Positions 18,449 to 28,439 of a DNA stretch of 36,431 nucleotides are shown piece after piece; positions within the stretch are counted from its first letter, which is position 1; each line of letters starts with the position of its first letter. The translations under genes and the position numbers were made by a program. The stretch spans positions 1-36,431 of the forward strand of contig JAZRKN010000018.1 of NCBI GenBank assembly GCA_045646345.1, given 5' to 3'. The notes under the pieces were generated by a model. That model saw nothing but the letters and a program-made list of their open reading frames with translations, did no database searches and was not told the origin of the DNA. This stretch comes from Candidatus Scatovivens sp. (GTDB lineage Bacteria > Bacillota > Clostridia > TANB77 > CAG-508).

Positions 18449-19144
18449 ATGAACGAAGAAACAAAAGAAAAGAAAAATTTTACATTCCATGATACTATAA
18501 TATCATGGGCATGTATAATCTGGGCGGTAGCCTCACTTGGTTTTATGATGTATTTTTCAGGTTTAAATCAAGTAACTTTTGCAGTAATGACATTTGGACA
18601 ATTATTTTTCATTATTGGAATTATAGCAATGACTAGAAAGCAAGCTACAGTAGGTATTTTAACAGTAACAGGAATTGGATGTATGGTTATTCCTGCATTA
18701 AATGAATGGGGACATTTATTCTGGAATGTAAGTGAACCAGATAATATTTTTCCAGTATTATCAACAGTGGCTATTTTATTAATAGGATTAGCTATGTGTA
18801 TTGTTCCAGGAATTTTAGAAAATATGTCTGAAAGAAGATGCAAAAAAGTAGTAGAAGCTGAAGTTGTAGACTTAAAAACAACAACATTAAGTGATGGTGA
18901 AACTGCTTATGCACCAGTATATTCTTTTTCAATTGGAGAAGAAATTTACAAAGTAACAAGAAAACAATATTCAAGAAACAAAATTGAAATTGGAACAAAA
19001 GCAGAATTAAAAGTAAATGAAAAGAATCCAGAAGATGTTTATTTTGAAGCATCAAAAGCATCAAAAATGTTAATTTATATATTTGGAGCAAGTTTTGTTG
19101 TTACAGGATTAGGAATGTTATTAACTGTTTTGGCTGAAATATAG
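18449..19144 (+). CDS. Membrane protein with DUF3592-like C-terminal domain
   Basis: Four N-terminal TMs, VEAEVVD...YAPVYSF...ELKVNEKNPEDVY beta-domain, final TM. Confidence 0.65.
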   Translation: MNEETKEKKNFTFHDTIISWACIIWAVASLGFMMYFSGLNQVTFAVMTFGQLFFIIGIIAMTRKQATVGILTVTGIGCMVIPALNEWGHLFWNVSEPDNIFPVLSTVAILLIGLAMCIVPGILENMSERRCKKVVEAEVVDLKTTTLSDGETAYAPVYSFSIGEEIYKVTRKQYSRNKIEIGTKAELKVNEKNPEDVYFEASKASKMLIYIFGASFVVTGLGMLLTVLAEI

Positions 19145-19169
19145 GTAATTGGAAGGAATAAAAACACAC

Positions 19170-19409
19170 ATGGAAAAAAAATATACATTTGAAATGTTTT
19201 GGGAAGACCTAGATAATGGATATAAAATGTTTTATACATATATGAATTGCAAGTATCTAATTTATAAATTAGATAAAAATTGCTATAAAAATGAACTTAT
19301 AGAAGCTCCGGAAAAATGTCCACATCAAAAGAATGCGATGTATACATTAAAAAGAGTAAAAGAAATCTTTCCATATATGGAAGAATTAGAATATGATATA
19401 GGATTATAA
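19170..19409 (+). CDS. Hypothetical protein (79 aa)
   Basis: ATG at 19170 downstream of GGAAGGA; tightly packed upstream of ruvB (the track uses TTG at 19149). Confidence 0.7.
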   Translation: MEKKYTFEMFWEDLDNGYKMFYTYMNCKYLIYKLDKNCYKNELIEAPEKCPHQKNAMYTLKRVKEIFPYMEELEYDIGL

Positions 19410-19425
19410 AATTATTTAGGTATAT

Positions 19426-20445
19426 ATGATGGAGGATGTAAAAGTGGAAAGAAATATTCTGTCACCAGATACATTTGACATAGATGAAGAAATGTCAGAA
19501 TTATCTTTAAGACCAAAAAGATTAAGTGAATATATAGGACAAACAAAAGTAAAGGAAAATATGAAAGTTTATATAGAAGCAGCTAAAAAAAGAGGCGAAG
19601 CTTTGGATCATGTTCTTTTATATGGACCACCAGGCCTTGGAAAAACTACTTTGTCGAATATTATAGCAAATGAGATGGGATCAAATATAAAAACTACTTC
19701 TGGTCCAGCTATAGAAAGACCAGGAGATTTGGCTGCAATTCTTACAAATCTTTGCGAAAATGATGTTTTATTTATTGATGAAATTCATAGAATGAATAAA
19801 AACATTGAAGAAATTTTATATCCAGCATTAGAAGATTTTTGTTTGGATATAATAATTGGAAAAGGTCCTACTGCAAAATCAATAAGATTAGATCTTCCAA
19901 AATTTACTTTGGTTGGAGCAACAACAAGGGTAGGTTCTTTATCTACACCTTTAAGAGATAGATTTGGAATAGTTTCAAGATTAGAATTATATTCAGTTGA
20001 GGATTTAACAACAATAATTGAAAGATCAAGCGATATCTTAGGAATGAAAATGGAAAAAGATGCAGCTGTAGAAGTGGCAAAACGTTCTAGAGGAACTCCT
20101 AGAATTGCTAATAGATTATTAAAAAGAGTTAGAGATTATGCGATGGTTTTTGGTGATGGAAATGTTAATTTAAAACTTGCTAAATTAGCTCTTGATAAAT
20201 TAGAAATTGATGAACTAGGGTTGGATAATACTGATAGAAAAATTCTAGAAACAATTATTTATAAGTATGCAGGTAGAGCTGTTGGAGTAGAAACATTAGC
20301 TGCAACTATAAATGAAGAAGTAGAAACAATAGAAGATGTTTATGAACCTTATTTAATGCAAATCGGATTTTTGGCACGAACTCCAAGAGGAAGAGTTGTA
20401 ACAGCAAGTGGATATGAACATTTAGGAATTGAATATAATCTTTAA
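19426..20445 (+). CDS. ruvB: Holliday junction branch migration helicase RuvB
   Basis: [57 protein letters not shown]. Confidence 0.99.
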   Translation: MMEDVKVERNILSPDTFDIDEEMSELSLRPKRLSEYIGQTKVKENMKVYIEAAKKRGEALDHVLLYGPPGLGKTTLSNIIANEMGSNIKTTSGPAIERPGDLAAILTNLCENDVLFIDEIHRMNKNIEEILYPALEDFCLDIIIGKGPTAKSIRLDLPKFTLVGATTRVGSLSTPLRDRFGIVSRLELYSVEDLTTIIERSSDILGMKMEKDAAVEVAKRSRGTPRIANRLLKRVRDYAMVFGDGNVNLKLAKLALDKLEIDELGLDNTDRKILETIIYKYAGRAVGVETLAATINEEVETIEDVYEPYLMQIGFLARTPRGRVVTASGYEHLGIEYNL

Positions 20446-20517
20446 AAAATAAAGAATATATATTTTAAATAAAACTAAGAAAGGATTACTAAAGCGAAAT
20501 TTAGTATTAGAAAGAAA

Positions 20518-22080
20518 ATGAAGAAGGTTATAATTATAGGTGCTGGACCAGCAGGGTTAACAGCTGGTTATGAATTAGTAAAAGACGGAAATGAAGATTA
20601 CGAAGTTGTAATCTTAGAAGAAACACAAGATATTGGTGGTATATCTAGAACTGTTAGATATAATGGGAATAGAATGGATATAGGTGGACATAGATTTTTC
20701 TCTAAAGATTCTAGAGTTATGAATTTTTGGGAAGAATTAATGCCAATTCAAGGAGTAAATTCTTTTGATGATGAAAAATTAGGAAGAATAAAACCATTAA
20801 AAGAAGGCGGACCAAATCCAGAAAAAGAAGATACAGTAATGCTTGTAAGAACAAGAGTATCAAGAATTTATTATTTGAAAAAATTCTTTGATTATCCTAT
20901 TAGTTTGAAATTACAAACTTTTACTAATATGGGACTTATAAGAACTATAAAAGCTGGTTTTAGTTATTTAAAAACAAGATTTGTTAAAAAAGAAGAAAAT
21001 TCCCTTGAAAACTTTTATATAAATAGATTTGGAAAAGTTTTATATAGTATGTTTTTTGAAAAATATACTGAAAAATTATGGGGAAGACATCCAAAAGAAA
21101 TTTCAGCTGATTGGGGAGCTCAAAGAGTTAAAGGTCTATCAATAACAGCAGTATTAAAAGATGCTTTTGGAAAAATATTTGGTGGTAAAAAGAAAAAACA
21201 AGTAGAAACATCTTTGATTGAAGAATTTTGGTATCCAAAATATGGACCAGGACAATTATGGGAAACATTAGCAGATAAATTCCAAGAAAAAGGTGGAAAG
21301 CTTTTAAAAGGATATTCTGTAAAAAAACTAACAATAGAAGATAATAAAATAAAAAATGTTGTTTGTGAAGTAAATGGGACAGAAGTTATTTTAGAAGGAG
21401 ATATATTTGTTTCTTCAATGCCAGTAAAAGATTTAGTATTAGGATTCAAAGGTCAAGAAGTTCCAAATGAAATGCTAGATATAGCAAAAGGACTTCCTTA
21501 TGTTGATTTCCAAACAGTAGGTGTTTTAGTAAATAAAATTAAATTAAAAAATAAAACAAAAATGAAAACTCTTGGAAATATAGTTCCTGATTGTTGGATT
21601 TATGTTCAAGAACCAGAAGTAAAAATGTTAAGACTTCAAATATTTAATAACTGGTCACCATACCTAGTTAAAGATGCTGAAAATACAGTTTGGATAGGAT
21701 TAGAATATACTTGCCAAGAAGGTGATAAATACTGGAATATGAATGATAAAGAATTTTCAGAATTTGCTATTAATGAACTTGCAAGTATGAATATTATAGA
21801 TAAAGAAGATGTATTAGATTCTCACAGAGAAAGAGTTAAAAAAGCTTATCCTGCGTACTTTGATACATATGAACATATGGATAAATTAGTTGAATATTTA
21901 AGTGGTTTTGAAAATTTATATTGTGTAGGAAGAAACGGTCAACATAGATATAATAATATGGATCACTCAATGGCAACATCTTTTGAAGCTGCAAAAAACA
22001 TTAAAGAAGGTATAACTTCAAAAGAAAATATTTGGAATGTAAATACAGATAAAGAATATCATGAAACAAAAACTAATTAA
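20518..22080 (+). CDS. FAD-dependent oxidoreductase (HemY / UDP-galactopyranose mutase-like superfamily)
   Basis: [48 protein letters not shown]. Confidence 0.85.
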   Translation: MKKVIIIGAGPAGLTAGYELVKDGNEDYEVVILEETQDIGGISRTVRYNGNRMDIGGHRFFSKDSRVMNFWEELMPIQGVNSFDDEKLGRIKPLKEGGPNPEKEDTVMLVRTRVSRIYYLKKFFDYPISLKLQTFTNMGLIRTIKAGFSYLKTRFVKKEENSLENFYINRFGKVLYSMFFEKYTEKLWGRHPKEISADWGAQRVKGLSITAVLKDAFGKIFGGKKKKQVETSLIEEFWYPKYGPGQLWETLADKFQEKGGKLLKGYSVKKLTIEDNKIKNVVCEVNGTEVILEGDIFVSSMPVKDLVLGFKGQEVPNEMLDIAKGLPYVDFQTVGVLVNKIKLKNKTKMKTLGNIVPDCWIYVQEPEVKMLRLQIFNNWSPYLVKDAENTVWIGLEYTCQEGDKYWNMNDKEFSEFAINELASMNIIDKEDVLDSHRERVKKAYPAYFDTYEHMDKLVEYLSGFENLYCVGRNGQHRYNNMDHSMATSFEAAKNIKEGITSKENIWNVNTDKEYHETKTN

Positions 22081-22094
22081 ATAGGACTAGTAAG

Positions 22095-22128
22095 TAAAAG
22101 CAAAATTAAGTATTTAATTTTGCTTTTA
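22095..22128. terminator. AT-rich hairpin, possible terminator
   Basis: taaaagcaaaattaa-gtat-ttaattttgctttta perfect 15-bp inverted repeat. Confidence 0.6.
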
Positions 22129-22163
22129 TGATAGTATAAGTAGAATTTGGAGAATAAAATCAA

Positions 22164-24176
22164 ATGAAGAAAACAAAAATTTTAGGAATTATAGTAATTG
22201 CATTGTTTTTTGAAATAATTTTGTTTAATATAAATTCGTTTCGTACATTTTTTGGAAATTATGAAGTGAAAAAATATGAAAACGAGAATATATGTATAGA
22301 AGATGAAAGTGGTTGGGAAGAAAATATATGTCTTGAAATATTGGATATAAATACAGAAGTCGCTACTTTAAAAATAGAATTAGAGGATGTTGAAGAACCA
22401 ACTCAATATAAAATATATTTTTCGGACGAAACTACAAGTGCATACTATGATTTGGCAACCAAAAATTATATCGAAGATTTTGAAAAGACAAAATATATGT
22501 CTCTATCTTTATCGGGAAAAGTTGATAAATTAAAGGTATATATAAATAGAGATATATATGAACAAGGAAAGTTTAAACAAATTGTTTTAAATGAAAAAAT
22601 ACCATTTGAATTTAATGTTATAAGATTTGTTATTGTATTTTTAGTATTGCTTTTTGGATATTGTATGAAAAATTTAAAAATATTTAATAGTGAATATTCA
22701 AAAAAGGATTTGAAACAAGAATTTATTTTAATTGGAATATTAACAGTTTTTTTGATCTTATTAACATTCATAAATACATATTCTTCAGAAGAAATTACAG
22801 AAGAAGGAGAATCTCCATTTACAACATCAGAAGGTATTTATAATAAAGACTTTGTTGATAGTTTAAAAGATGGAAAACTATATTTATCACAAGAACCAAC
22901 TGAGAGATTTTTAAAATTGAAAAATCCTTATGATGCAATTGAAAGAGCTGAATTGTCAAGAACAGAAGATTATTTATGGGATACAGCGTACTTTAATGGG
23001 CATTTCTATATTTATTTTGGAATATTGCCAGTACTTTTAATATTTTTACCATTTAATCTTATAACAGGAACTTATTTAAAAGTATCTGTTGCAAATTATA
23101 TTTTTTCTGCTCTGATATTTATTTTATTAAAAGAAATATTAATAAAAGTAATTAACAGGTATTTTGAAAACATAGATTTTAAAATTGTAATTTATTCATT
23201 AATATCTTTACTTGCAGGTTCATTAGTTTTATATGCAAATGGAATGTCTAGATTTTATGAAATTGTCATAATTGCAGGATTGTATTTTGTTTTACAAGGC
23301 TTGTACTTTATATTATGCTCAATGGAATCTGAAAAAAATAAGTATTTTAATATATTTTTAGGTTCTATGTTTTTGGCATTATCTGTTGCTTGCAGACCAA
23401 CAGATTTACTTGTATCAATTTTAATTTTGCCATATTTAATTAGTTTATTAATAAAGTTAACAAAAAATATACATGAAAATAAATTTGATTTATTTAAACT
23501 TATTGTTTCAGTTGGTATTCCATATCTTACAGTTGGAGCATTATTAATGTGGTATAATTATGCAAGATTTGAAAGTGTATTTGACTTCGGAAACAAATAT
23601 CAATTAACTATAACTAATATGATGGAGTTAGGAAATAGAATTTATACAATTCCAATGGGATTATTATGCAATTTGTTTGGGTTTCCAAATATAACACTCC
23701 AATTTCCATTTGTTGAACATATAAATCAATTTGGTTCTTTTTATGGCTATTATTACATAGAAAGATTTTTAGGCGGAGTATTTATGATTTCTCCAATTTG
23801 TTTTGCATGTTTTGGGATTTTTAAATTTAATAAAAAAGTTGAAAATAAAGAATTAAAAAAATTGGTAAATATGTTAATTGGAGTTGCTGTTATTATATCG
23901 GGGCTAAGTGTTGCAATGGCTGGAACAAATCAAAGATATTTAATAGATTATGCTTGGATATTTATTTTGGCAGGTATTTTAATATTTATAGGATTTTATA
24001 ATCTATTGAAATCAGATGAGGCTAAAAATATTATGAAAAAAATATTTGCAGCAATCGCTATATATACGATGATTATTTCTATCTTTATAGGAATAAAAAC
24101 AGAAACAGAAAATATGAAAAATAATTCACCAAAAGAATATTATAAAACAAGATATACAATTTGTTTTTGGGAATAA
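22164..24176 (+). CDS. Polytopic membrane protein, putative GT-C glycosyltransferase
   Basis: N-terminal extracellular domain, about 12-13 TMs; motifs YFNGHFYIYFGILP, CRP, YNYARF...FG..YQLT, QRYLID. Confidence 0.6.
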   Translation: MKKTKILGIIVIALFFEIILFNINSFRTFFGNYEVKKYENENICIEDESGWEENICLEILDINTEVATLKIELEDVEEPTQYKIYFSDETTSAYYDLATKNYIEDFEKTKYMSLSLSGKVDKLKVYINRDIYEQGKFKQIVLNEKIPFEFNVIRFVIVFLVLLFGYCMKNLKIFNSEYSKKDLKQEFILIGILTVFLILLTFINTYSSEEITEEGESPFTTSEGIYNKDFVDSLKDGKLYLSQEPTERFLKLKNPYDAIERAELSRTEDYLWDTAYFNGHFYIYFGILPVLLIFLPFNLITGTYLKVSVANYIFSALIFILLKEILIKVINRYFENIDFKIVIYSLISLLAGSLVLYANGMSRFYEIVIIAGLYFVLQGLYFILCSMESEKNKYFNIFLGSMFLALSVACRPTDLLVSILILPYLISLLIKLTKNIHENKFDLFKLIVSVGIPYLTVGALLMWYNYARFESVFDFGNKYQLTITNMMELGNRIYTIPMGLLCNLFGFPNITLQFPFVEHINQFGSFYGYYYIERFLGGVFMISPICFACFGIFKFNKKVENKELKKLVNMLIGVAVIISGLSVAMAGTNQRYLIDYAWIFILAGILIFIGFYNLLKSDEAKNIMKKIFAAIAIYTMIISIFIGIKTETENMKNNSPKEYYKTRYTICFWE

Positions 24177-24187
24177 AGGAGATAAAA

Positions 24188-24742
24188 ATGAAATTATTAA
24201 TGCATACATGTTGTGCGCCATGCAGTATTTATTGTATTGATTCTTTAAGAAATGAAGGGATTGAGCCAGTAAGTTATTGGTTCAATCCAAATATACATCC
24301 ATATACTGAGTACAAAGCAAGAAGAGATACTTTAATTGAATATTCAAAGATGATTAATTTAGAATTGGTTATTGAAGAAGATTATGGGTTAAGAGAATTT
24401 TGTAAAAATGTTGCTGAAGATATTGAAAATAGATGTTCAAATTACTGTTATAAAGTAAGAATTGAACAAACAGCAAAATATGCAAAAGAAAATGGCTATG
24501 ATGCGTTTACAACAACACTTTTTGTTAGCCCTTATCAAGATCATGAAAAATTAAAAGAAATATGTATAGAAATGTCTAAAAAATATAATATAGAATTTTT
24601 ATATAGAGATTTTAGACCAGGATTTAGAGAAGGACAAAACAAAGCTAGAGAACTAGAGTTGTATATGCAAAAGTATTGTGGTTGTGTTTTTTCAGAAGAA
24701 GACAGATATTTACGTCACAACAAAAAGAAAACAAAAGCGTAG
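24188..24742 (+). CDS. queH: Epoxyqueuosine reductase QueH
   Basis: HTCCAPCS, FNPNIHPYTEY, RC..CY, FTTTL..SPYQ, YMQKYCGCVFS; start at ATG 24188 behind AAGGAG. Confidence 0.93.
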   Translation: MKLLMHTCCAPCSIYCIDSLRNEGIEPVSYWFNPNIHPYTEYKARRDTLIEYSKMINLELVIEEDYGLREFCKNVAEDIENRCSNYCYKVRIEQTAKYAKENGYDAFTTTLFVSPYQDHEKLKEICIEMSKKYNIEFLYRDFRPGFREGQNKARELELYMQKYCGCVFSEEDRYLRHNKKKTKA

Positions 24743-24798
24743 AATGAACTTAAAATTGAATATGAATAAAAAACATTAATTTGAAAGGAGTATAAAAA

Positions 24799-25164
24799 TT
24801 GAAAGTTTATATTGGACATTCAAATGATTTTAATTATAAAGAAGAACTATATATGCCTATTATAAATTCAAAGTTAAATGAAAAAGCTGAATTCATATTT
24901 CCTCACTTAACAAATCAAACATTTGATTCTAAAGAAATTATAGAGCAAGCAGACTTATTTATTGCAGAAGTTTCTAAACCTTCACTAGGCCTAGGAATTG
25001 AAATTGGTAGAGCAGAAATGAAAAACAAAAAAATTCTATGCATATACAATGAAAAATTTAAAGTATCATCATCCTTAAAATATGTTAATGTAGATATTTT
25101 AAAATATATAGATAAAGAGGATATGGTTTATAAAATAGAAGAATATATAAAGCAACTAAGATAA
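24799..25164 (+). CDS. Nucleoside 2-deoxyribosyltransferase / DNPH1(Rcl)-like N-glycosidase
   Basis: MKVYIG...ADLFIAEVSKPSLGLGIEIGRA matches the family AEV..PS.G.G.E.G.A motif; TTG start with AAAGGAG. Confidence 0.75.
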   Translation: MKVYIGHSNDFNYKEELYMPIINSKLNEKAEFIFPHLTNQTFDSKEIIEQADLFIAEVSKPSLGLGIEIGRAEMKNKKILCIYNEKFKVSSSLKYVNVDILKYIDKEDMVYKIEEYIKQLR

Positions 25165-25200
25165 AGGCGAGTAAAATATTATAAAATTATAAACAAAATA

Positions 25201-25236
25201 AAAGCAAAGGAATGAATTAATTTCTTTGTTTTTTTG
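25201..25236 (+). terminator. Probable intrinsic terminator
   Basis: aaagcaaaggaat...atttctttgtttt hairpin with G-U pairs plus T-run. Confidence 0.55.
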
Positions 25237-25262
25237 TTATACAAATATTTTGAAAAAAATAA

Positions 25263-25291
25263 TTGATATTTTGGCAAAACTGAAATATAAT
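25263..25291 (+). promoter_or_regulatory. Sigma-A promoter of symporter gene
   Basis: TTGATA-N17-TATAAT. Confidence 0.7.
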
Positions 25292-25359
25292 GTCAATAAT
25301 AAAATTAAGAGATATAATTATGTTTTAATTTTACTATCTAGCATAAAGGGGTTTACATT

Positions 25360-26604
25360 ATGAAAAAATTTTTATCAAATTACAAATCAACGATTATTCT
25401 TATAGCTGCAATAATTGTTGGTGCAATCGTTGGAATAATCTTCCAAGAAAAAGCGGCTGTACTTAGTCCTTTAGGGGATATTTTCTTAAACTTATTATTA
25501 GTTATTATTGTTCCATTAATCTTTTTTAATATCACAACAGCAATAACAAAAATGGAAAATCCAAAAAGAATGGGAAAAATTATAGGAGTTATTGTAGCAG
25601 TATTTTTAGTTATGTCACTAATTTCTGTATTTGTTGGATTTGGAGTTACATTTAAATCTAATTTAGTTAGTGTAGAAGATGGTGAAGCAATAAGAAATTC
25701 ATTAGAAGAAGTTGATGCAGAAGAAGAGGAATTAAATATTTTGCAAAGAACTGCAAGTTTACTTACTGTAAATGATCTTCCAAAATTATTATCAAAAGAT
25801 AACGTAACAGCATTACTTGTAATGTCTATTTTAGTTGGTGTTGCAATAAGAATATCAGGAGAAAATGGTGAACCAGTTAAAAAATTATTAGAATCAGCTA
25901 ATGTTGTTGTAGAAAATGTTTTAAAAATAGTTATGTATTATGCACCAATAGGATTGGGATGTTATATGGCAGCAATGGTTGGAACTTTTGGGGCAACAAT
26001 CGCTCTTGGATATGCAAAAACATTTGTAATATATTTAGTAGCAACAATTGCATTCTACTTAGTATTTTATACAATTTATGCTTTTATAGCAGCAGGAAAA
26101 AAAGGTGTTGTTACATTCTGGAAGAATGTAATACCTCCAACATTAACAGCTTTGGCAACATGTTCAAGTGCTGCTAATATTCCTGTAAATATGGATGCTG
26201 CTAAAAAGATGGGTGTACCAAATGATATAGCTGAAACAACTATACCACTAGGAACATCATTCCATAAAGACGGAACAATTATTGGTTCTATGTTTAAAAT
26301 TATGTTTTTAGTAACATTATTTGCAGTTCCAATGACAAGCATTGGAGATATTTTAGGAATGCTTGGAATTGCATTAGTAGCAAATCTGTTAGTAACAGCG
26401 GTTCCAATCGGAGGAGGAACAATTTCAGAAATGTTTATTATTACAATGATGGGATTTCCAGTTGGTGCTCTTCCAATTTTAACAATAATCGCAACAATTA
26501 TTGATGCTCCAGCAACTGTACTTAACTCAGTTGGAGATAGCGCCGCATCAATGTTAGTTGCAAGATTTGTCGATGGAAAAGATTGGTTAAAAGAAGAAAA
26601 ATAA
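25360..26604 (+). CDS. Dicarboxylate/amino acid:cation symporter (SDF/DAACS family)
   Basis: PLGDIFLNLL..IIVPL, YAPIG, ATCSSAANIP, IPLGTSFHKDGT, IDAPATVLNSVGD. Confidence 0.93.
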   Translation: MKKFLSNYKSTIILIAAIIVGAIVGIIFQEKAAVLSPLGDIFLNLLLVIIVPLIFFNITTAITKMENPKRMGKIIGVIVAVFLVMSLISVFVGFGVTFKSNLVSVEDGEAIRNSLEEVDAEEEELNILQRTASLLTVNDLPKLLSKDNVTALLVMSILVGVAIRISGENGEPVKKLLESANVVVENVLKIVMYYAPIGLGCYMAAMVGTFGATIALGYAKTFVIYLVATIAFYLVFYTIYAFIAAGKKGVVTFWKNVIPPTLTALATCSSAANIPVNMDAAKKMGVPNDIAETTIPLGTSFHKDGTIIGSMFKIMFLVTLFAVPMTSIGDILGMLGIALVANLLVTAVPIGGGTISEMFIITMMGFPVGALPILTIIATIIDAPATVLNSVGDSAASMLVARFVDGKDWLKEEK

Positions 26605-26620
26605 TAAATAATATAAAGTT

Positions 26621-26654
26621 AAAATAAGAGGATTTTAATCCTCTTATTTTTTTT
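26621..26654 (+). terminator. Intrinsic terminator
   Basis: aaaataagaggat-ttta-atcctcttatttt plus T-run. Confidence 0.88.
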
Positions 26655-26682
26655 GAAATTGAAATAAAACAAAAAAAGGGGG

Positions 26683-26711
26683 TTGACATAAATTAAAAGT
26701 TTGGTTATAAT
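26683..26711 (+). promoter_or_regulatory. Consensus sigma-A promoter of the T-box/argGH unit
   Basis: TTGACA (26683-26688), N17, TATAAT (26706-26711). Confidence 0.9.
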
Positions 26712-26726
26712 AATTAAAGAATATAT

Positions 26727-26961
26727 AAAGCGATGAACAAGACAGTAGCTTATTATGAAGCTTCAGCGAGTTAGAATAGAGTGTGAGTCTAACAGTGGAT
26801 GATAAAGTGAAAAGAACTTGTGAGCGATTGTTTGAAATGAAAAGAGTATGGCAATCCGTAAACCTACGTTACAGGTAAGAGTGGTTTATACTAAAAGTAT
26901 AGACAACTAGAGTGGTACCGTGTTAAATATGACACCTCTGGATTTTCCAGAGGTGTTTTTT
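26727..26961 (+). ncRNA. T-box riboswitch, Arg specifier (AGA at 26813-26815)
   Basis: GA motif gcgatga...tgagc, AGTA/GAA loop E, AGCGAG and GTGTGA boxes, stem II, stem III gtttatact-aaa-agtatagac, T-box AGAGTGGTACCGTG, terminator acacctctgga..tccagaggtgt-Tn; upstream of argGH. Confidence 0.93.
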
Positions 26962-26977
26962 GATAAGATTTTTATGG

Positions 26978-27075
26978 TACTACAATAATTGTTGTAGTTT
27001 ATTTTTCGTATAGACAACTAGAGTGGTACCGTGCTAAATTTAAGCACCTCTGGATTTTTCTGGAGGTGCTTTTTT
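26978..27075 (+). ncRNA. Second, partial T-box module (hairpin + antiterminator + terminator, no stem I)
   Basis: 26-bp exact repeat gtatagacaactagagtggtaccgtg at 26897-26922 and 27008-27033, followed by a second terminator agcacctctgga..tctggaggtgct-Tn. Confidence 0.88.
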
Positions 27076-27102
27076 GATACAAAATAAAGAAAGGAGATAC
27101 AG

Positions 27103-27231
27103 ATGAAAGAAAGTTCAAATTATAAGAAATTCTTCTATAGTGGTTGGGGAAAATTGAGACAACTGTTTAATACAATAAAGAAAAAAATAAATATAAAAAT
27201 AAAAAGGAGAATTAGTTATGAAAAAATTTAA
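27103..27231 (+). CDS. Putative 42-aa leader/uORF peptide overlapping the argG start
   Basis: AAAGGAG RBS then ATG; [42 protein letters not shown]; below the track length cutoff. Confidence 0.45.
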   Translation: MKESSNYKKFFYSGWGKLRQLFNTIKKKINIKIKRRISYEKI

Positions 27232-28435
27232 AAAAATAGTATTAGCATATTCTGGTGGTTTAGATACATCAGTTATGATTACATGGTTAAAAGAAAATTA
27301 TGATAATTGTGAGGTTATTGCCGTTGTTGGAAATGTTGGACAAGGCGACAATGAATTAGAAGGTATTGAAGAAAAAGCTTTAAAAACAGGAGCTTCAAAA
27401 ATTTATGTTGAAGATTTAAAAGAAGAATTAGTAAATGACTTTATAGTACCGACAATAAAAGCGGGAGCTAAATATGAAAATGAATATTTGTTAGGAACCC
27501 CTTTTACACGTCCATTAATTGGTAAAAAGTTAGTTGAGATTGCAAAAAAAGAAGGAGCAGATGCAATATGCCATGGTTGTACAGGAAAAGGCAATGATCA
27601 AGTGCGTTTTGAACTTGCAATAAAATATTTTGCACCAGAAATGCCTGTTATTGTACCTTGGAGAACTTGGGAAATGAAAAGTCGTGAAGATGAAATTGAA
27701 TATGCCGAAAAACATAATATTCCTTTAAAAATAAATAAGGAAACGAATTATTCAAAAGATAAGAACTTATGGCATTTATCACATGAAGGACTTGATTTAG
27801 AATCTATATCTAATGAACCATTATATGACAAAATTTTAGAGATTAGTGTTTCTCCACAAAATGCGCCGGATAAAGAAGAATATGTTGAATTAGAATTCGA
27901 AAAAGGAATTCCGTCAAAACTAAATGGAGAAAAAATGTCTGTTCTAGATATTATTTTAAAATTAAATGAAATCGGTGGAAAAAATGGAATTGGAATTATA
28001 GACATTGTAGAAAATCGTTTGGTTGGAATGAAATCAAGAGGTGTTTATGAAACTCCAGGAGGAACTATAATTTATAAAGCTCATGAGTGGTTAGAAAGTG
28101 CTACTTTAGATAAAGATACTTTAAGCTTCAAAAATACAGTTGCAAATAAATTTGGTGAACTATTATATGGAGCAAAATGGTTTTCTCCACTAAGAGAATC
28201 TTTATCTGCTTTTGTAGATAAAACACAAGAGCATGTTACAGGTACTGTTAAATTGAAACTATATAAAGGTAATATTATAAAATCTAGTATAAGTAGTCCA
28301 TATTCATTATATTCAGAAAAAACAGCTTCTTTTGGAGCTGATGATGATTATGATCAAAAAGATTCAGAAGGTTTTATAAATTTATATTCTTTACCAACAA
28401 AAATATATGCAAATCTTAAGAAAGGCGAGGTATAA
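27218..28435 (+). CDS. argG: Argininosuccinate synthase
   Basis: [42 protein letters not shown]. Confidence 0.99.
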   Translation: MKKFKKIVLAYSGGLDTSVMITWLKENYDNCEVIAVVGNVGQGDNELEGIEEKALKTGASKIYVEDLKEELVNDFIVPTIKAGAKYENEYLLGTPFTRPLIGKKLVEIAKKEGADAICHGCTGKGNDQVRFELAIKYFAPEMPVIVPWRTWEMKSREDEIEYAEKHNIPLKINKETNYSKDKNLWHLSHEGLDLESISNEPLYDKILEISVSPQNAPDKEEYVELEFEKGIPSKLNGEKMSVLDIILKLNEIGGKNGIGIIDIVENRLVGMKSRGVYETPGGTIIYKAHEWLESATLDKDTLSFKNTVANKFGELLYGAKWFSPLRESLSAFVDKTQEHVTGTVKLKLYKGNIIKSSISSPYSLYSEKTASFGADDDYDQKDSEGFINLYSLPTKIYANLKKGEV

Positions 28436-28439
28436 AATT

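Noticed and set aside
26897-27033. 26-bp direct repeat considered as a mini CRISPR array or att site
   Set aside because: Only two copies, and fully explained by T-box antiterminator duplication; no cas genes or integrase
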